Both the position numbers and the translations under genes were made by a program. Below, piece after piece: positions 38,054 to 47,304 of a stretch of 64,000 nucleotides of DNA; within the stretch, counting starts at the first letter, position 1, and every line of letters starts with the position of its first letter. The stretch lies in assembly GCA_965248835.1 (NCBI GenBank), contig CBDFLJ010000001.1, positions 1,984,001 through 2,048,000 of the forward strand, written 5' to 3'. This DNA is from Alphaproteobacteria bacterium (lineage in GTDB: Bacteria; Pseudomonadota; Alphaproteobacteria; MPNO01). The notes beneath the pieces were generated by a model. It ran no database searches and was not told the DNA's origin. It saw only the letters and a program-made list of their open reading frames with translations.

Positions 38054-39205
38054 TCACCAGAGCTGGCTGGTCGCCAGTTTCGCGCCCTCGGCCATCGCCG
38101 CGAACTTGGCCCAGATCACCGTCGGGTGGACCTCGGTGTGATAGCACGCCTGGGACGAGAAGCCGCAATCGCCGCCGGCCAGGAGATTCTCGCGGCCGAC
38201 CAGCCTGGCGAAGCGCACGATACGCTCGGCGATCAGCTCGGGATGCTCGACGATGTTGCTGGCGTGGGTGATCACGCCGGGAATGAGCGCCTTGCCGTCG
38301 GCCAGCTTGACGTCCTCGAAGACATGGTACTCGTGCTCGTGCCGCGGGTTCGCCGCCTCGAAGGAATAGCTGCCGGCATCGATGTCGAGCATGTATTGGC
38401 AGACCTGGCGGAGCGGCGCCTCGTGGATCCGCGGCCCTTCATTGATGCCGTAGCAGGTGTGATAGCGGATCCTGTCCTGGTCGATGCCGCGGACCGCGTG
38501 GTTGAGCGCCTCGACGTAAAGCCGGCATTTGCGGTCCTTGCCGGCGTCATCGAGCGCCGGGTCGACCAGGATGTCGCACAGAAAAGGGTCGTCGATCTGA
38601 AGCAGGAACCCGGCCTCGACGATTGCGAGATACTCGGTGCGCAGGGCCTCGGCGACCGCCTCGGCATACGCCTCCTCGGTGGCGTAGTGGTCGTTGTAGC
38701 CCACGCCGGCCGGCGAGATCGCGGGCACGAACGCATCCTCGCACGCCAGCCCGTCGAGCGCGGTCTTGAGATTGTCGAGGTCGCGGCCGAGGGCCTCCCC
38801 GCCCTTGTAGCGCACCGGGCCGACGCAATAGATCGGCGCCATCGGCACGACCGCCCCGCCCATCATCACGCGGGCGAAATACTCCTCGTAATATTCGGGG
38901 AAGGCGGCGATCTCGGCCGCGAAGAGGTTGTATTTCTCGTCCTTCCTGACCTCGAAGCCGTCCATCCGTTCTTCGATATAGGCGAAGAAGCCGGGCTTGG
39001 ACATCTCGCCGTCGGCGACCACGTCGATGCCGAGATCGACCTGGCGCTTGACGATCTCGGCCACGCCGTCGCGGATCTTCTCGCGATAGGCGGCCTCGTC
39101 ATAGCCACCGCCGGTGTATTTGGCCTTCATGATATCGAGGACCTCGACGGTCCGGGGCAGGCTGCCCACGTGGGTGGTCAGAATGCGGTCGGAGTGTCCT
39201 TGCAT
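38054..39205 (-). CDS. Cobalamin-independent methionine synthase II family protein
   Basis: RILTTHVGSLPR, DGEMSK, HTCYG, EAANPRHEHE, DCGF. Confidence 0.9.
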   Translation of the reverse strand: MQGHSDRILTTHVGSLPRTVEVLDIMKAKYTGGGYDEAAYREKIRDGVAEIVKRQVDLGIDVVADGEMSKPGFFAYIEERMDGFEVRKDEKYNLFAAEIAAFPEYYEEYFARVMMGGAVVPMAPIYCVGPVRYKGGEALGRDLDNLKTALDGLACEDAFVPAISPAGVGYNDHYATEEAYAEAVAEALRTEYLAIVEAGFLLQIDDPFLCDILVDPALDDAGKDRKCRLYVEALNHAVRGIDQDRIRYHTCYGINEGPRIHEAPLRQVCQYMLDIDAGSYSFEAANPRHEHEYHVFEDVKLADGKALIPGVITHASNIVEHPELIAERIVRFARLVGRENLLAGGDCGFSSQACYHTEVHPTVIWAKFAAMAEGAKLATSQLW

Positions 39206-39267
39206 GGCTGCTGCCTCCGGTTGTCGGTGCGCGTTGGGCAAAGCTTTCCCGCCGGGCCCCGGCGGCG

Positions 39268-40461
39268 TCAATGCGCCTGGAGCCCGAGCACGTTCCAGCC
39301 CGCGCCCTCGGGCGCCGCGCCCAGCAGCACCGTGCCGCAGTCCTGGGTGATCTCGTCTGCGAGCAGCAGGTGCTGGGTGCCGCCATGGACGTCGCGGTAG
39401 CAGCGCTGGAGGGTGCTCGCGCGCAGCGAGATGCCGCGCGAGACGCGGTGGGCGAACGTCGCGTTCTCCGAGATCACGTTGTGGATGTGGCGCATCGCGA
39501 GCCGGATCAGCGCGATCTGCTCGACGCTGCCGGCGCGCCCTTGGGCGAAGCTCTCGCACAGATCGTCCCAGGCGGCGTAGACGAAGGCGCGCGCGGCGCG
39601 GTACTTGCCCTCGGCCTCGGCGAAGGCCTGCTTGAAGGACGGGCTGTCGGTCATTTTGCCGAAGGCGTCGACCCGCGCGCGGGCATGCCCGGCCAGCTCG
39701 TCCAGCGTCCGCCGCCCGATACCGAGCGCCCAGCTCGTATGACCCCAGGTGGTCGAGCCGACTAGGCCCGAGCCGTATTGGATGCCGCCGCGCATCAAAG
39801 TCGGGTTGTCGAACCGGTAGCAATGGCTCGCCGGCACGAACAGCTCGCCACCCTTGACCGTATAGTCGAAGCTGCCGGTGCCCCTGAGCCCCAGCACGTC
39901 CCAGTTGCCCTTGAGGTCGATCGTCTTCTTGGGGTGGTGGCACAACACGATCTCGGGATGGCCGTACGCGTTCATACGCATGTCTTCGCCGTCCATCACG
40001 AAGCATCCGGAGTGCACCCACTCGGCGTGATGAATCCCGCTGCCATAGGCCCAATTGCCTTTGATCCGGTAACCGCCGTCCTCCGGCCATGCATAGCCGC
40101 GCGGCACGCCCTGGCCGGACATGGTCACGTCCGGCCCGTCGGGGAAGACATCGCGCGCGCCTTCGTCGGGCAGGAACGGGCCGGAGGAGGAGACCTGGAC
40201 ATTCTGGACCATCAGGCACCACCCGGCCGAGCCTTCGGCGCGGGCCAGCATCTCGACGATCTCCATCGCCTCCACGAACGGCAATTCGATCCCGCCCAGC
40301 GGCTTCGGCAACAGCATCTGGTAAAGACCGGTGCGGCGCATCTCGGCGACCACCTGGTCGGTCTGGCGGTAAAGCGCCTCGGCCTCGTCGGCGTTGGCTT
40401 CGGCGAGCGGCGAAAGGTCCTTTACGGCCGCCTTCAGGTCGTCGAACGATGGCGTTGCCAT
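39268..40461 (-). CDS. Acyl-CoA dehydrogenase-fold flavin-dependent hydroxylase (HsaA-like)
   Basis: GSAGWC, GNWAYGSG, WDVLGLRGTGS, LQRCYRDVH. Confidence 0.88.
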   Translation of the reverse strand: MATPSFDDLKAAVKDLSPLAEANADEAEALYRQTDQVVAEMRRTGLYQMLLPKPLGGIELPFVEAMEIVEMLARAEGSAGWCLMVQNVQVSSSGPFLPDEGARDVFPDGPDVTMSGQGVPRGYAWPEDGGYRIKGNWAYGSGIHHAEWVHSGCFVMDGEDMRMNAYGHPEIVLCHHPKKTIDLKGNWDVLGLRGTGSFDYTVKGGELFVPASHCYRFDNPTLMRGGIQYGSGLVGSTTWGHTSWALGIGRRTLDELAGHARARVDAFGKMTDSPSFKQAFAEAEGKYRAARAFVYAAWDDLCESFAQGRAGSVEQIALIRLAMRHIHNVISENATFAHRVSRGISLRASTLQRCYRDVHGGTQHLLLADEITQDCGTVLLGAAPEGAGWNVLGLQAH

Positions 40462-40690
40462 GAAATCCTCCCATAGTTCTTCCGCAAGGTTACGCCCTAA
40501 CGGGGCGCGGACGCTACAGCCATGGCGCTGGACGGGCGCACCGTAGCGGGGGAAGATGGCCGGCAACCGACGAACTGCGGGCGGGCGAGGCGCCGCGCAA
40601 AACTTCCGTTTTGCGACGGGAAGCTTCGCCCGCGATCCGCCGATCACGAGGTTCGATTGGCACCGGTGAAAACCGGCAGAGGAGGATCCG

Positions 40691-41557
40691 ATGGATCATG
40701 GACGGTTCGACTATCAGCCGATCATCGACCGCAAGCCGCTTAAGCTGCCGGGCGGCGCGCATGTCGCGGTATGGGTGATCCCCAATATCGAGTATTTCGC
40801 ATGGGGCGAGCCGGGGATCGGCATCACCCAGGTCACCGCCAATTTCAAGCCCGACGTGCTCAACCATTCCTGGCGCGACTTCGGGGTGCGGGTCGGCATC
40901 TGGCGGCTGATGGAGGTGCTGGAGAAGAACGGCGTCAAGGCCACCGTCGCGCTCAATTCCGACGTCTGCAAGCACCACCGGCGGATCATCGAAGAAGGCG
41001 AAAAGCTGGGCTGGGAATGGATGGGCCACGGCCGGACGAATTCCGAGATCATCAACGCCCAATCGCCGGACGACGAGCGCGCGCTGATCGAGGAAGTGGC
41101 CGGGACGATCGCCGAGGCGACCGGGCGGCGGCCGCGCGGTTGGCTGGGCCCGGCGCTCACCGAGTCATACAACACCCTCGATATCCTGGCCGAAGCCGGG
41201 TTCGAGTATGTCTGCGACTGGGTGAACGACGAGCAGCCCTACCCGATCCGCACCAAAGCGGGACCCTTGATCTCGATCCCCTACTCGATCGAGGTCAACG
41301 ACATCCCGACCTTCATCGACCGCGGCGGCAGCGCCGAGCAGTTCTACCGCATGGTGGTCGACCAGTTCGACTGGCTCTATCAGGAGGGCGCCGAAAACGC
41401 CCGGGTCATGGCGATCTGCCTGCACCCGTTCCTGATCGGCCATGCTTTCCGAGCCAAGTACCTCGACCGGGCTCTCGCCCACATCGCCGGCCACGACAAG
41501 GTCTGGCTGGCCCAGGGCGCGGAGATCCTCGACTGGTACACGGAAGATTTGAAATGA
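40691..41557 (+). CDS. Polysaccharide deacetylase-fold protein (PuuE allantoinase-like)
   Basis: WRDFGVRVGIWR, PRGWLGP, NDEQP, LHPFLIG. Confidence 0.88.
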   Translation: MDHGRFDYQPIIDRKPLKLPGGAHVAVWVIPNIEYFAWGEPGIGITQVTANFKPDVLNHSWRDFGVRVGIWRLMEVLEKNGVKATVALNSDVCKHHRRIIEEGEKLGWEWMGHGRTNSEIINAQSPDDERALIEEVAGTIAEATGRRPRGWLGPALTESYNTLDILAEAGFEYVCDWVNDEQPYPIRTKAGPLISIPYSIEVNDIPTFIDRGGSAEQFYRMVVDQFDWLYQEGAENARVMAICLHPFLIGHAFRAKYLDRALAHIAGHDKVWLAQGAEILDWYTEDLK

Positions 41558-41566
41558 GGCAGGACC

Positions 41567-42106
41567 ATGGACCAAGGCGAAAATGGCAAGCCGCTTGAGG
41601 CGCGCCTGCGGGATATCGAAGACCGGCTGGCGATCTACGATCTGATCGCCTCGCACCCGCCGAGCGCCGACACCGCGGCCGACTATTACACCCGCGCGGT
41701 CTATACCGAAGACGGCGCCTTCGACCGCGGCGAAGGGCTGGCGGGCGCGTCGGGCAACGAGGCGATCGCCGCCATGACGTTGTCGGCCGGGCACCAGGAG
41801 GCAATCCGGGGCGGGCTCGCCCATTTCACCGGATTGCCGCATATCGTCCTCGACGGCGATACGGCCTGTGTCACCTCGTACCTGCAGATTCTCCACCCGG
41901 ACGCGCAGGGCGAGGACCGGGAGCTCGCAAATCACGGCCGCTCCCGAGGATTTCGCATCCACCGCGTCGCCGCCAACCGGTGGACCCTGATACGCACGCC
42001 GCAGGGCTGGAAGATCAAAAGCCGGCAACTGCGCCCGATCGACGGATCGGCGCCGGCCCGGGAAATCCTCGCACAGGCGCTCGCCGGCTTTCGTCCGGCG
42101 GAGTAA
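41567..42106 (+). CDS. SnoaL/NTF2-like protein
   Basis: LRDIEDRLAIYDLIA, GWKIKSR. Confidence 0.8.
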   Translation: MDQGENGKPLEARLRDIEDRLAIYDLIASHPPSADTAADYYTRAVYTEDGAFDRGEGLAGASGNEAIAAMTLSAGHQEAIRGGLAHFTGLPHIVLDGDTACVTSYLQILHPDAQGEDRELANHGRSRGFRIHRVAANRWTLIRTPQGWKIKSRQLRPIDGSAPAREILAQALAGFRPAE

Positions 42107-42141
42107 ACGCCGTCCGCGCCGCGCCCGGTCAACGGCGCCTC

Positions 42142-43446
42142 TCAGCCGCGGGTCATCTGCTGCGGCAGGAAGGTGGCGATCTCCGGGAAGACGACGAGCA
42201 GGGCGACCGCGACCTGGAGCAGCAGGAAGAAGGGAATCGCCGCGCGCGCGATCTGCAGGATGTTGCGGCCCGTCAGACCTTGCAGCACGAACAGATTGAA
42301 GCCGACCGGCGGGGTGATCTGGGACATCTCGACCACCATGACCAGGTAGATGCCGAACCACATCAGGTCGATGCCGGCGGCCTGGACCATCGGCATGATG
42401 ATCGAGGTGGTGAGCAGCACCACAGAGATGCCGTCGAGAAAGCAGCCGAGGATGATGAAAAAGACCGTCAGCGCCGCGATCAGCCCGTAGCGGCCGAGCC
42501 CCATCTCGCCGATCCACTGGGCAAGCGCGCGCGGGATGCCGGTGAAGCCCATCGCTATGGTCAGGAACGACGCGCCGACGAAGATGAAGCTGATCATGCA
42601 GGTTGTGCGCGTCGCTCCCATCAGGCTGTCGGCCAGGACCTGCCGGCTGAGCCCGCCGGTCGCGCCTGACAGGACCAGCGATCCCAGGACGCCCACGACC
42701 GCCGCCTCGACCGGGGTGGCGATGCCGGCATAGATCGAGCCCAGGACGGCGACGATGAGCAGGACGATCGGCAGCAGCCGGCGGGATTCGTAGACCTTGC
42801 GCCAGAACGTCATCCGGATGTCGTTCTCCGGCGTCTTGCCCGGGTTGAGCAGCGCCCAGACGACGATGAAGCCCATGAACAGCGCGATCAGCATGAGGCC
42901 GGGCAGGATGCCGGCGATGAACAGCCGAGCGATCGAAAGCTCGGCCGCGACTCCGTAGACGATCAGGATGATGGACGGCGGGATCAGCAGGCCCAACGTG
43001 CCGGAGCCCGCGAGCGTTCCGATCGACATGCGCTCGTCATAGCCGCGCTTGTGCAACTCCGGCATCGACATTCGTCCGATGGTCACCGCGGTCGCCGCCG
43101 AGGAACCGGAGATCGCCGAGAAGATCCCGCAAGCGACCACGTTTACGTGCAGCAGGCGGCCTGGCAGCCGGGTCATCCAGGGCGCGATGCCGCGAAACAT
43201 GTCCTCGGACAGCCGCGTGCGGAACAGGATTTCGCCCATCCACACGAACAGCGGCAGGGCGATCAGCGAGAACGTCGTCGTCGAGCCCCAGGTCGTGGTG
43301 GCCAGCACCTGGCCCACCGGCGCGGTGGTGAACACCATCATGGCCAGCACCGCCACGCCGATCAGCGACAGCGCGACCCAGAGGCCGGACCCGAGCAACA
43401 GCAGCAGGACGAAGGTCAGCACCAGCGCGATCGACAGCAGATCCAT
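42142..43446 (-). CDS. dctM: TRAP large permease
   Basis: SGSSAAT, GTLGLLIPPS, ITPPVGFNLF. Confidence 0.94.
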   Translation of the reverse strand: MDLLSIALVLTFVLLLLLGSGLWVALSLIGVAVLAMMVFTTAPVGQVLATTTWGSTTTFSLIALPLFVWMGEILFRTRLSEDMFRGIAPWMTRLPGRLLHVNVVACGIFSAISGSSAATAVTIGRMSMPELHKRGYDERMSIGTLAGSGTLGLLIPPSIILIVYGVAAELSIARLFIAGILPGLMLIALFMGFIVVWALLNPGKTPENDIRMTFWRKVYESRRLLPIVLLIVAVLGSIYAGIATPVEAAVVGVLGSLVLSGATGGLSRQVLADSLMGATRTTCMISFIFVGASFLTIAMGFTGIPRALAQWIGEMGLGRYGLIAALTVFFIILGCFLDGISVVLLTTSIIMPMVQAAGIDLMWFGIYLVMVVEMSQITPPVGFNLFVLQGLTGRNILQIARAAIPFFLLLQVAVALLVVFPEIATFLPQQMTRG

Positions 43447-43462
43447 CTCCGTTCGCGCTCCC

Positions 43463-43999
43463 TTAAGGCTCGCCGCGGGCCTGCATGGCACGCGCGGCCT
43501 CGTCGGCCTCCATCACGACGTGCTGGGGCGTCCGGCCTGCGAGGATCGCGATGAACTCGTCGACGAAGGCGATCGCCAGCACGACGAGGCCGAGCGCGAG
43601 GCCGGATTGCGGGATCCACAACGGCGTCTTGATCAGCCCCTGGCCCAGGTCGCCGAACACGAAGGTCTCGTAGGCGAATGCGCAGAAATGCCAGGCGAAA
43701 TAGACGCTCAGCACGGTGCCCATGCCGAGGCACCAGATCTCGAGCCGGCGCCTCGCCGGCCCGGGCACGCGCTGGAGCAGCATCGAGACCCGGATGTGCT
43801 GGCCACTGGTCAGCGTGTGGGCGAGCCCCAGGAATACCGCCGAGGCGAGGCAGTAGCCGGCGAACTCGGTTGCGGCCGGGATCAGGATGCCGGCCATGCG
43901 CCCGACCACCTCCGCCAGAATGGACAGCGCGATGCACACGATCGACAGCGCGGCCAGGAAGCCGCACCCCTTGTAGAGCCGGTCGAGCAGTCCTCTCAT
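43463..43999 (-). CDS. dctQ: TRAP small permease
   Basis: 4 TMs, HIRV motif. Confidence 0.92.
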   Translation of the reverse strand: MRGLLDRLYKGCGFLAALSIVCIALSILAEVVGRMAGILIPAATEFAGYCLASAVFLGLAHTLTSGQHIRVSMLLQRVPGPARRRLEIWCLGMGTVLSVYFAWHFCAFAYETFVFGDLGQGLIKTPLWIPQSGLALGLVVLAIAFVDEFIAILAGRTPQHVVMEADEAARAMQARGEP

Positions 44000-44008
44000 G
44001 GATCAGGG

Positions 44009-44039
44009 CGGCGGGACGGGCGGATCACCCGTCCCGCCG
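44009..44039. other. Stem-loop between dctP and dctQ (likely mRNA stabiliser or attenuator)
   Basis: CGGCGGGACGGG-cggatca-CCCGTCCCGCCG, perfect 12-bp stem. Confidence 0.65.
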
Positions 44040-44044
44040 AAACC

Positions 44045-45022
44045 TCATTTCGAGGCGTTGTAGGCGTCCAGGATCTTCTGGCCGTCGGGCCCCGCCTTGG
44101 ATAGCCACTCCTGGAGCAGTTTCGCCCCCACGGCGTGCAGCCCGTTCATCAGCGCGGGCTTGGCCGGTACCACGGTCAGGTTCTTGGCGAGGATACCGAC
44201 CATCTTGTCGTGCTCCTGGGAGCTCCAGCCCCAGCCGCGCGGCTCGGCGCGGGCGGCGGCATCGAGGATCGCCTGCCGGCTCGCCTTGCTCAGCCGCCGC
44301 AGGGCGCGGGTGTTGACCATGACCATGTTCTTGCCGAGCCCGGCCTTGGTGTCGTGATAGTGGCTGAGATAGTCCCACGACTTGGTGAGCACGCCGGTGG
44401 TCGCCGAGGTGACCATCGCATCGACGATCCCGGTCGAGAACGCCTGCGGGATATCGACGAGCTGCACCGTGGTCGGCGCGGCACCGACGGCGACGGCAAA
44501 CCGCGAGACGGTGGCGTTGTAGGCGCGGAACTTGAGCCCCTTGAAGTCGTCCGCCGTCACCAGCTCCTTCTTGGCGTAAAAGCCCTGCGGCGGCCACGGG
44601 ACCGAATAGAGCAGCGTCATGCCCTTCTTGGCCAGCCGGTCGGAGATGAAAGGCTTGGAGGCCTTCCACAGCCGCCTGCCCTCGTCATAGGTCTGGGCGA
44701 AGAACAGCAGCGAACCGACCTCGTAGACCCGATCCTCGTTGGCGAGCAGGGAGACCACCGTCTCGCCCATCTGGACCTGACCGGTCTGCACCGCCCGGCT
44801 GATCTCCGGCAGCTTGAACAGCGAGGACGCGCTGTGCACGGTGATCTGCACATCGCCCTTGGTCTCGGCTGCGATCTCCTTGACGAACTGATAGATGTTC
44901 TTGGTGTGGAAGAACGGATCGGGATAGGCCGTTGCCATGTTCCATTTGTTGGCGGCGAGCGCGCCGCCGCCCAGCATGCATCCCGCGATGCCGATCGCGA
45001 TTGCCGATGTCGTGATCCTCAT
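44045..45022 (-). CDS. dctP: TRAP solute-binding protein
   Basis: Signal peptide, WPPQG, DFKGLKFRAY, GIVD. Confidence 0.93.
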   Translation of the reverse strand: MRITTSAIAIGIAGCMLGGGALAANKWNMATAYPDPFFHTKNIYQFVKEIAAETKGDVQITVHSASSLFKLPEISRAVQTGQVQMGETVVSLLANEDRVYEVGSLLFFAQTYDEGRRLWKASKPFISDRLAKKGMTLLYSVPWPPQGFYAKKELVTADDFKGLKFRAYNATVSRFAVAVGAAPTTVQLVDIPQAFSTGIVDAMVTSATTGVLTKSWDYLSHYHDTKAGLGKNMVMVNTRALRRLSKASRQAILDAAARAEPRGWGWSSQEHDKMVGILAKNLTVVPAKPALMNGLHAVGAKLLQEWLSKAGPDGQKILDAYNASK

Positions 45023-45066
45023 ATTCCGTGCCTCGCTGTTTCGATCCGCCGCTTCCGGCCGGCAGT

Positions 45067-45225
45067 GTCGCACCAACATCAAGGGCCATCAACCGTTGGG
45101 CAAAGGCACGATTACCGGCGAATGTCGCCGCCCGGCGCATGATCGGGGGATCGGATATGAACACACCGATGCCCAAGCCGGCGGCCCGGTCCGGGAGGGC
45201 GATGAAGCCGAAGATGAAGCCGCTC
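45067..45225 (+). repeat. Direct repeat, copy 1: upstream region plus first 23 codons of the isochorismatase-family gene
   Basis: First 35 bp identical to 47145-47179; roughly 85-90% identity over ~160 bp by manual alignment; stub MNTPMPKP..KPKMKPL then stop. Confidence 0.9.
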
Positions 45226-45297
45226 ATGGGTTCTGAGCCTGGAGTCGCGAAGCCTCGTTTCCTGTAGGTTCCCGATCGGCACACCTGAATTCTTGGG

Positions 45298-45567
45298 TGG
45301 GAGCGGCTCAAGACGCTTGGCAGCGGAGAAGACAAGAAGGCGCAAGTAAATGCCCTTCTGGACCAAACTGCCGGTACATCCGCTCCCAAATTCCAAGAGG
45401 CGCTAGAGAACGAGGCGAAGGAACTAACCAAGATCGGCAATAATCGACAGATACGCCATTCCGAGACCAATCAAGAACGTCTTACCGACAGTAGGCACGT
45501 CGATTATCTCTTCCATCGCCTATTCGCCATCATTCAAGTGATACTCCGAATGAATGGGCGATCTTGA
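45298..45567 (+). pseudogene. C-terminal fragment of an AbiJ/HEPN-like abortive-infection protein
   Basis: WERLKTL..ALENEAKELTKIGNNRQIRHSE..VDYLFHRLFAII*; in-frame TGA at 45286 and no start; AT-richer than flanks. Confidence 0.65.
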
Positions 45568-45609
45568 GGCCTTCGGAGGCATTGTTTGGTTTCGTTTCAA
45601 TTGGTTGTT

Positions 45610-45714
45610 GTCAACGGCGCCGTGCAGAAACAGAAGCGGAGGGCCTTCGCCACCGCGCAGGACGCTCACGGTGCAGTCCCTCACTGTCAGAGGCGCTTTG
45701 GCAAGTCTGGTCAC
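45610..45714 (-). pseudogene. N-terminal stub of an alpha/beta hydrolase
   Basis: GAGGAG RBS; MTRLAKAPLTVRDCTVSVLRGGEGPPLLFLHGA, then similarity is lost. Confidence 0.7.
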
Positions 45715-45926
45715 GTCGTTCCGCTCCTCACGTGTCGATAGCAGCGGGAAAAGCGACGGCTATCCTGCGGTGCAACTGTCGCCGATGAAATCGGCGGTGC
45801 CGGTGATGCCGCTGGCGGCCGGCCGCGCCACGGCATCCCGCCGCTCGCGAGACGGTGCGCCGCCGCAGAGGCGGCGCACCGTGCCAATCGGGTGCTTGGT
45901 GCGGGCCGTCACCGGCGGCTGCAGCC

Positions 45927-46940
45927 TTAGTTGTACTTGGCGGCGGCGGCTTGGAGCATCTCGAAGACCTGCTTGACCTGCGGCAGGTCCTTGACCACCG
46001 ACTCGCCCACCGCGACCAGCCGTTTGCGCATCTCTTCCTTCTCGGCCGGGGTCAGGTCGTAGATCACGCCGCCATTGGTCTTCCACGCCCCTTCGTTCTT
46101 GGCCAGGAACGCTTCGCTGAACGACAGCGTCTCCCAGTCGGTGTTCTGGCCCTCTTCCATCAGGACCCGACGGATGTCGCCCGGCAGCTTTCGCATCCAT
46201 GCCGGGTTGGCGATGGTCTCGACGCAGATCGTCGATTCCAGGGTACGGGTCAGGTGCTTGGTCACCGACCAGTATTTGAAGGTCACGAAGATCGCCAGCC
46301 CGCTTTTCATGCCGTCGACCGTTCCGCGCTGCAGCGCCTGCAACGCCTCGAGCAGCGGGATCGGGGCGGGCGCGGCGCCGAGTTGACGTATGGTCTGGCG
46401 TTCCATGTCGCTGGCGAAGACACGGATCTTCTTGCCCTGGAAATCGGCCAGTCGCTTGATCGGCTTGCGCGAGACGTAATGCGCGAGATCCCCGCAATAG
46501 ATGCCGATCCCGGTGATGCTTTTGCTGTCGCCCATCGAGAAGAACATTTTCTTGAAGTCGGGATCGTGCAGCGCGTTCTGGGCGTGGCGCAGGTCGCGGA
46601 ACAGGCCGGGCGCGGAGGTCACCATGTAGCGCTTGTCGATGCCGACGAAGAAGTCCGGCGGCAGCAGGGTCATCTCCTGGGTGCCGAGCTGGACGCCTTC
46701 GATCTGGCGGGGGATGCCGCCGAGCTGGCCGGCCGGAAAGACACGGACATCGACCCGATTGCCGATGCGGCGCTCGACGTTCTTTTCGAAATTGAGCATC
46801 CACTGATGGACGGTGTCCTTGATGGTCACCGAGCCGATCTTGATGTCGATCTTCTTTTGCGCCGCGACCGGCGCGCCGCCGGCGACGGCCAGAAGCGCGA
46901 CGAAAGCGGCCAACACGGTCATTTTCACGGAAGCCGTCAT
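45927..46940 (-). CDS. dctP: Orphan TRAP solute-binding protein (DctP family)
   Basis: Signal peptide, FPAGQLG, DFQGKKIRV, ALQRGTVDG. Confidence 0.92.
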   Translation of the reverse strand: MTASVKMTVLAAFVALLAVAGGAPVAAQKKIDIKIGSVTIKDTVHQWMLNFEKNVERRIGNRVDVRVFPAGQLGGIPRQIEGVQLGTQEMTLLPPDFFVGIDKRYMVTSAPGLFRDLRHAQNALHDPDFKKMFFSMGDSKSITGIGIYCGDLAHYVSRKPIKRLADFQGKKIRVFASDMERQTIRQLGAAPAPIPLLEALQALQRGTVDGMKSGLAIFVTFKYWSVTKHLTRTLESTICVETIANPAWMRKLPGDIRRVLMEEGQNTDWETLSFSEAFLAKNEGAWKTNGGVIYDLTPAEKEEMRKRLVAVGESVVKDLPQVKQVFEMLQAAAAKYN

Positions 46941-47024
46941 GAGATCCCCAACTGCCGATATGATGCTGTCGCCAGCAACATCGTCGGCCCATGCCGCAAA
47001 ATACCAGGCGTTCCCGATCCGCAT
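46941..47024 (-). pseudogene. Rieske-oxygenase N-terminal stub in frame with dctP
   Basis: MRIGNAWYFAAWADDV resembles MFLKDCWYVAAWSSEI of the gene at 1259-2314. Confidence 0.6.
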
Positions 47025-47063
47025 TCGAGAATCCTTGTGCCGTTTGTCGTTTGATTTCTTGCT

Positions 47064-47075
47064 GTTGGTACCAAC
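47064..47075. promoter_or_regulatory. 12-bp palindrome, candidate GntR/FadR-family operator
   Basis: GTTGGTACCAAC in an AT-rich patch ~40 bp upstream of the Rieske stub. Confidence 0.4.
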
Positions 47076-47144
47076 CCTAAATATGTGGTCCACTATTTAC
47101 AATCATCAGAATTTGAGCGGCCAACGGGACGACGACCCCGCTAA

Positions 47145-47304
47145 GTCGCACCAACATCAAGGGCCATCAACCGTTGGGCGGCGGCACGATTGTCGGCTAA
47201 CGTCATCGCCCGGCGCATGATCAGGGGGATCCGACATGAACACATCGACGCCCAAGCAGACGAGCAGGCCCGGGAGGGCGGTGAAGCCGAAGATGAAGCC
47301 GCTC
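47145..47304 (+). repeat. Direct repeat, copy 2 (runs into the intact gene)
   Basis: Matches 45067-45225. Confidence 0.9.

Noticed and set aside
45104-45119. sigma54 promoter in the duplicated segment (GGCACGATT..)
   Set aside because: The -12 TTGC element is missing and the GG-N10-GC spacing is not met in either copy.
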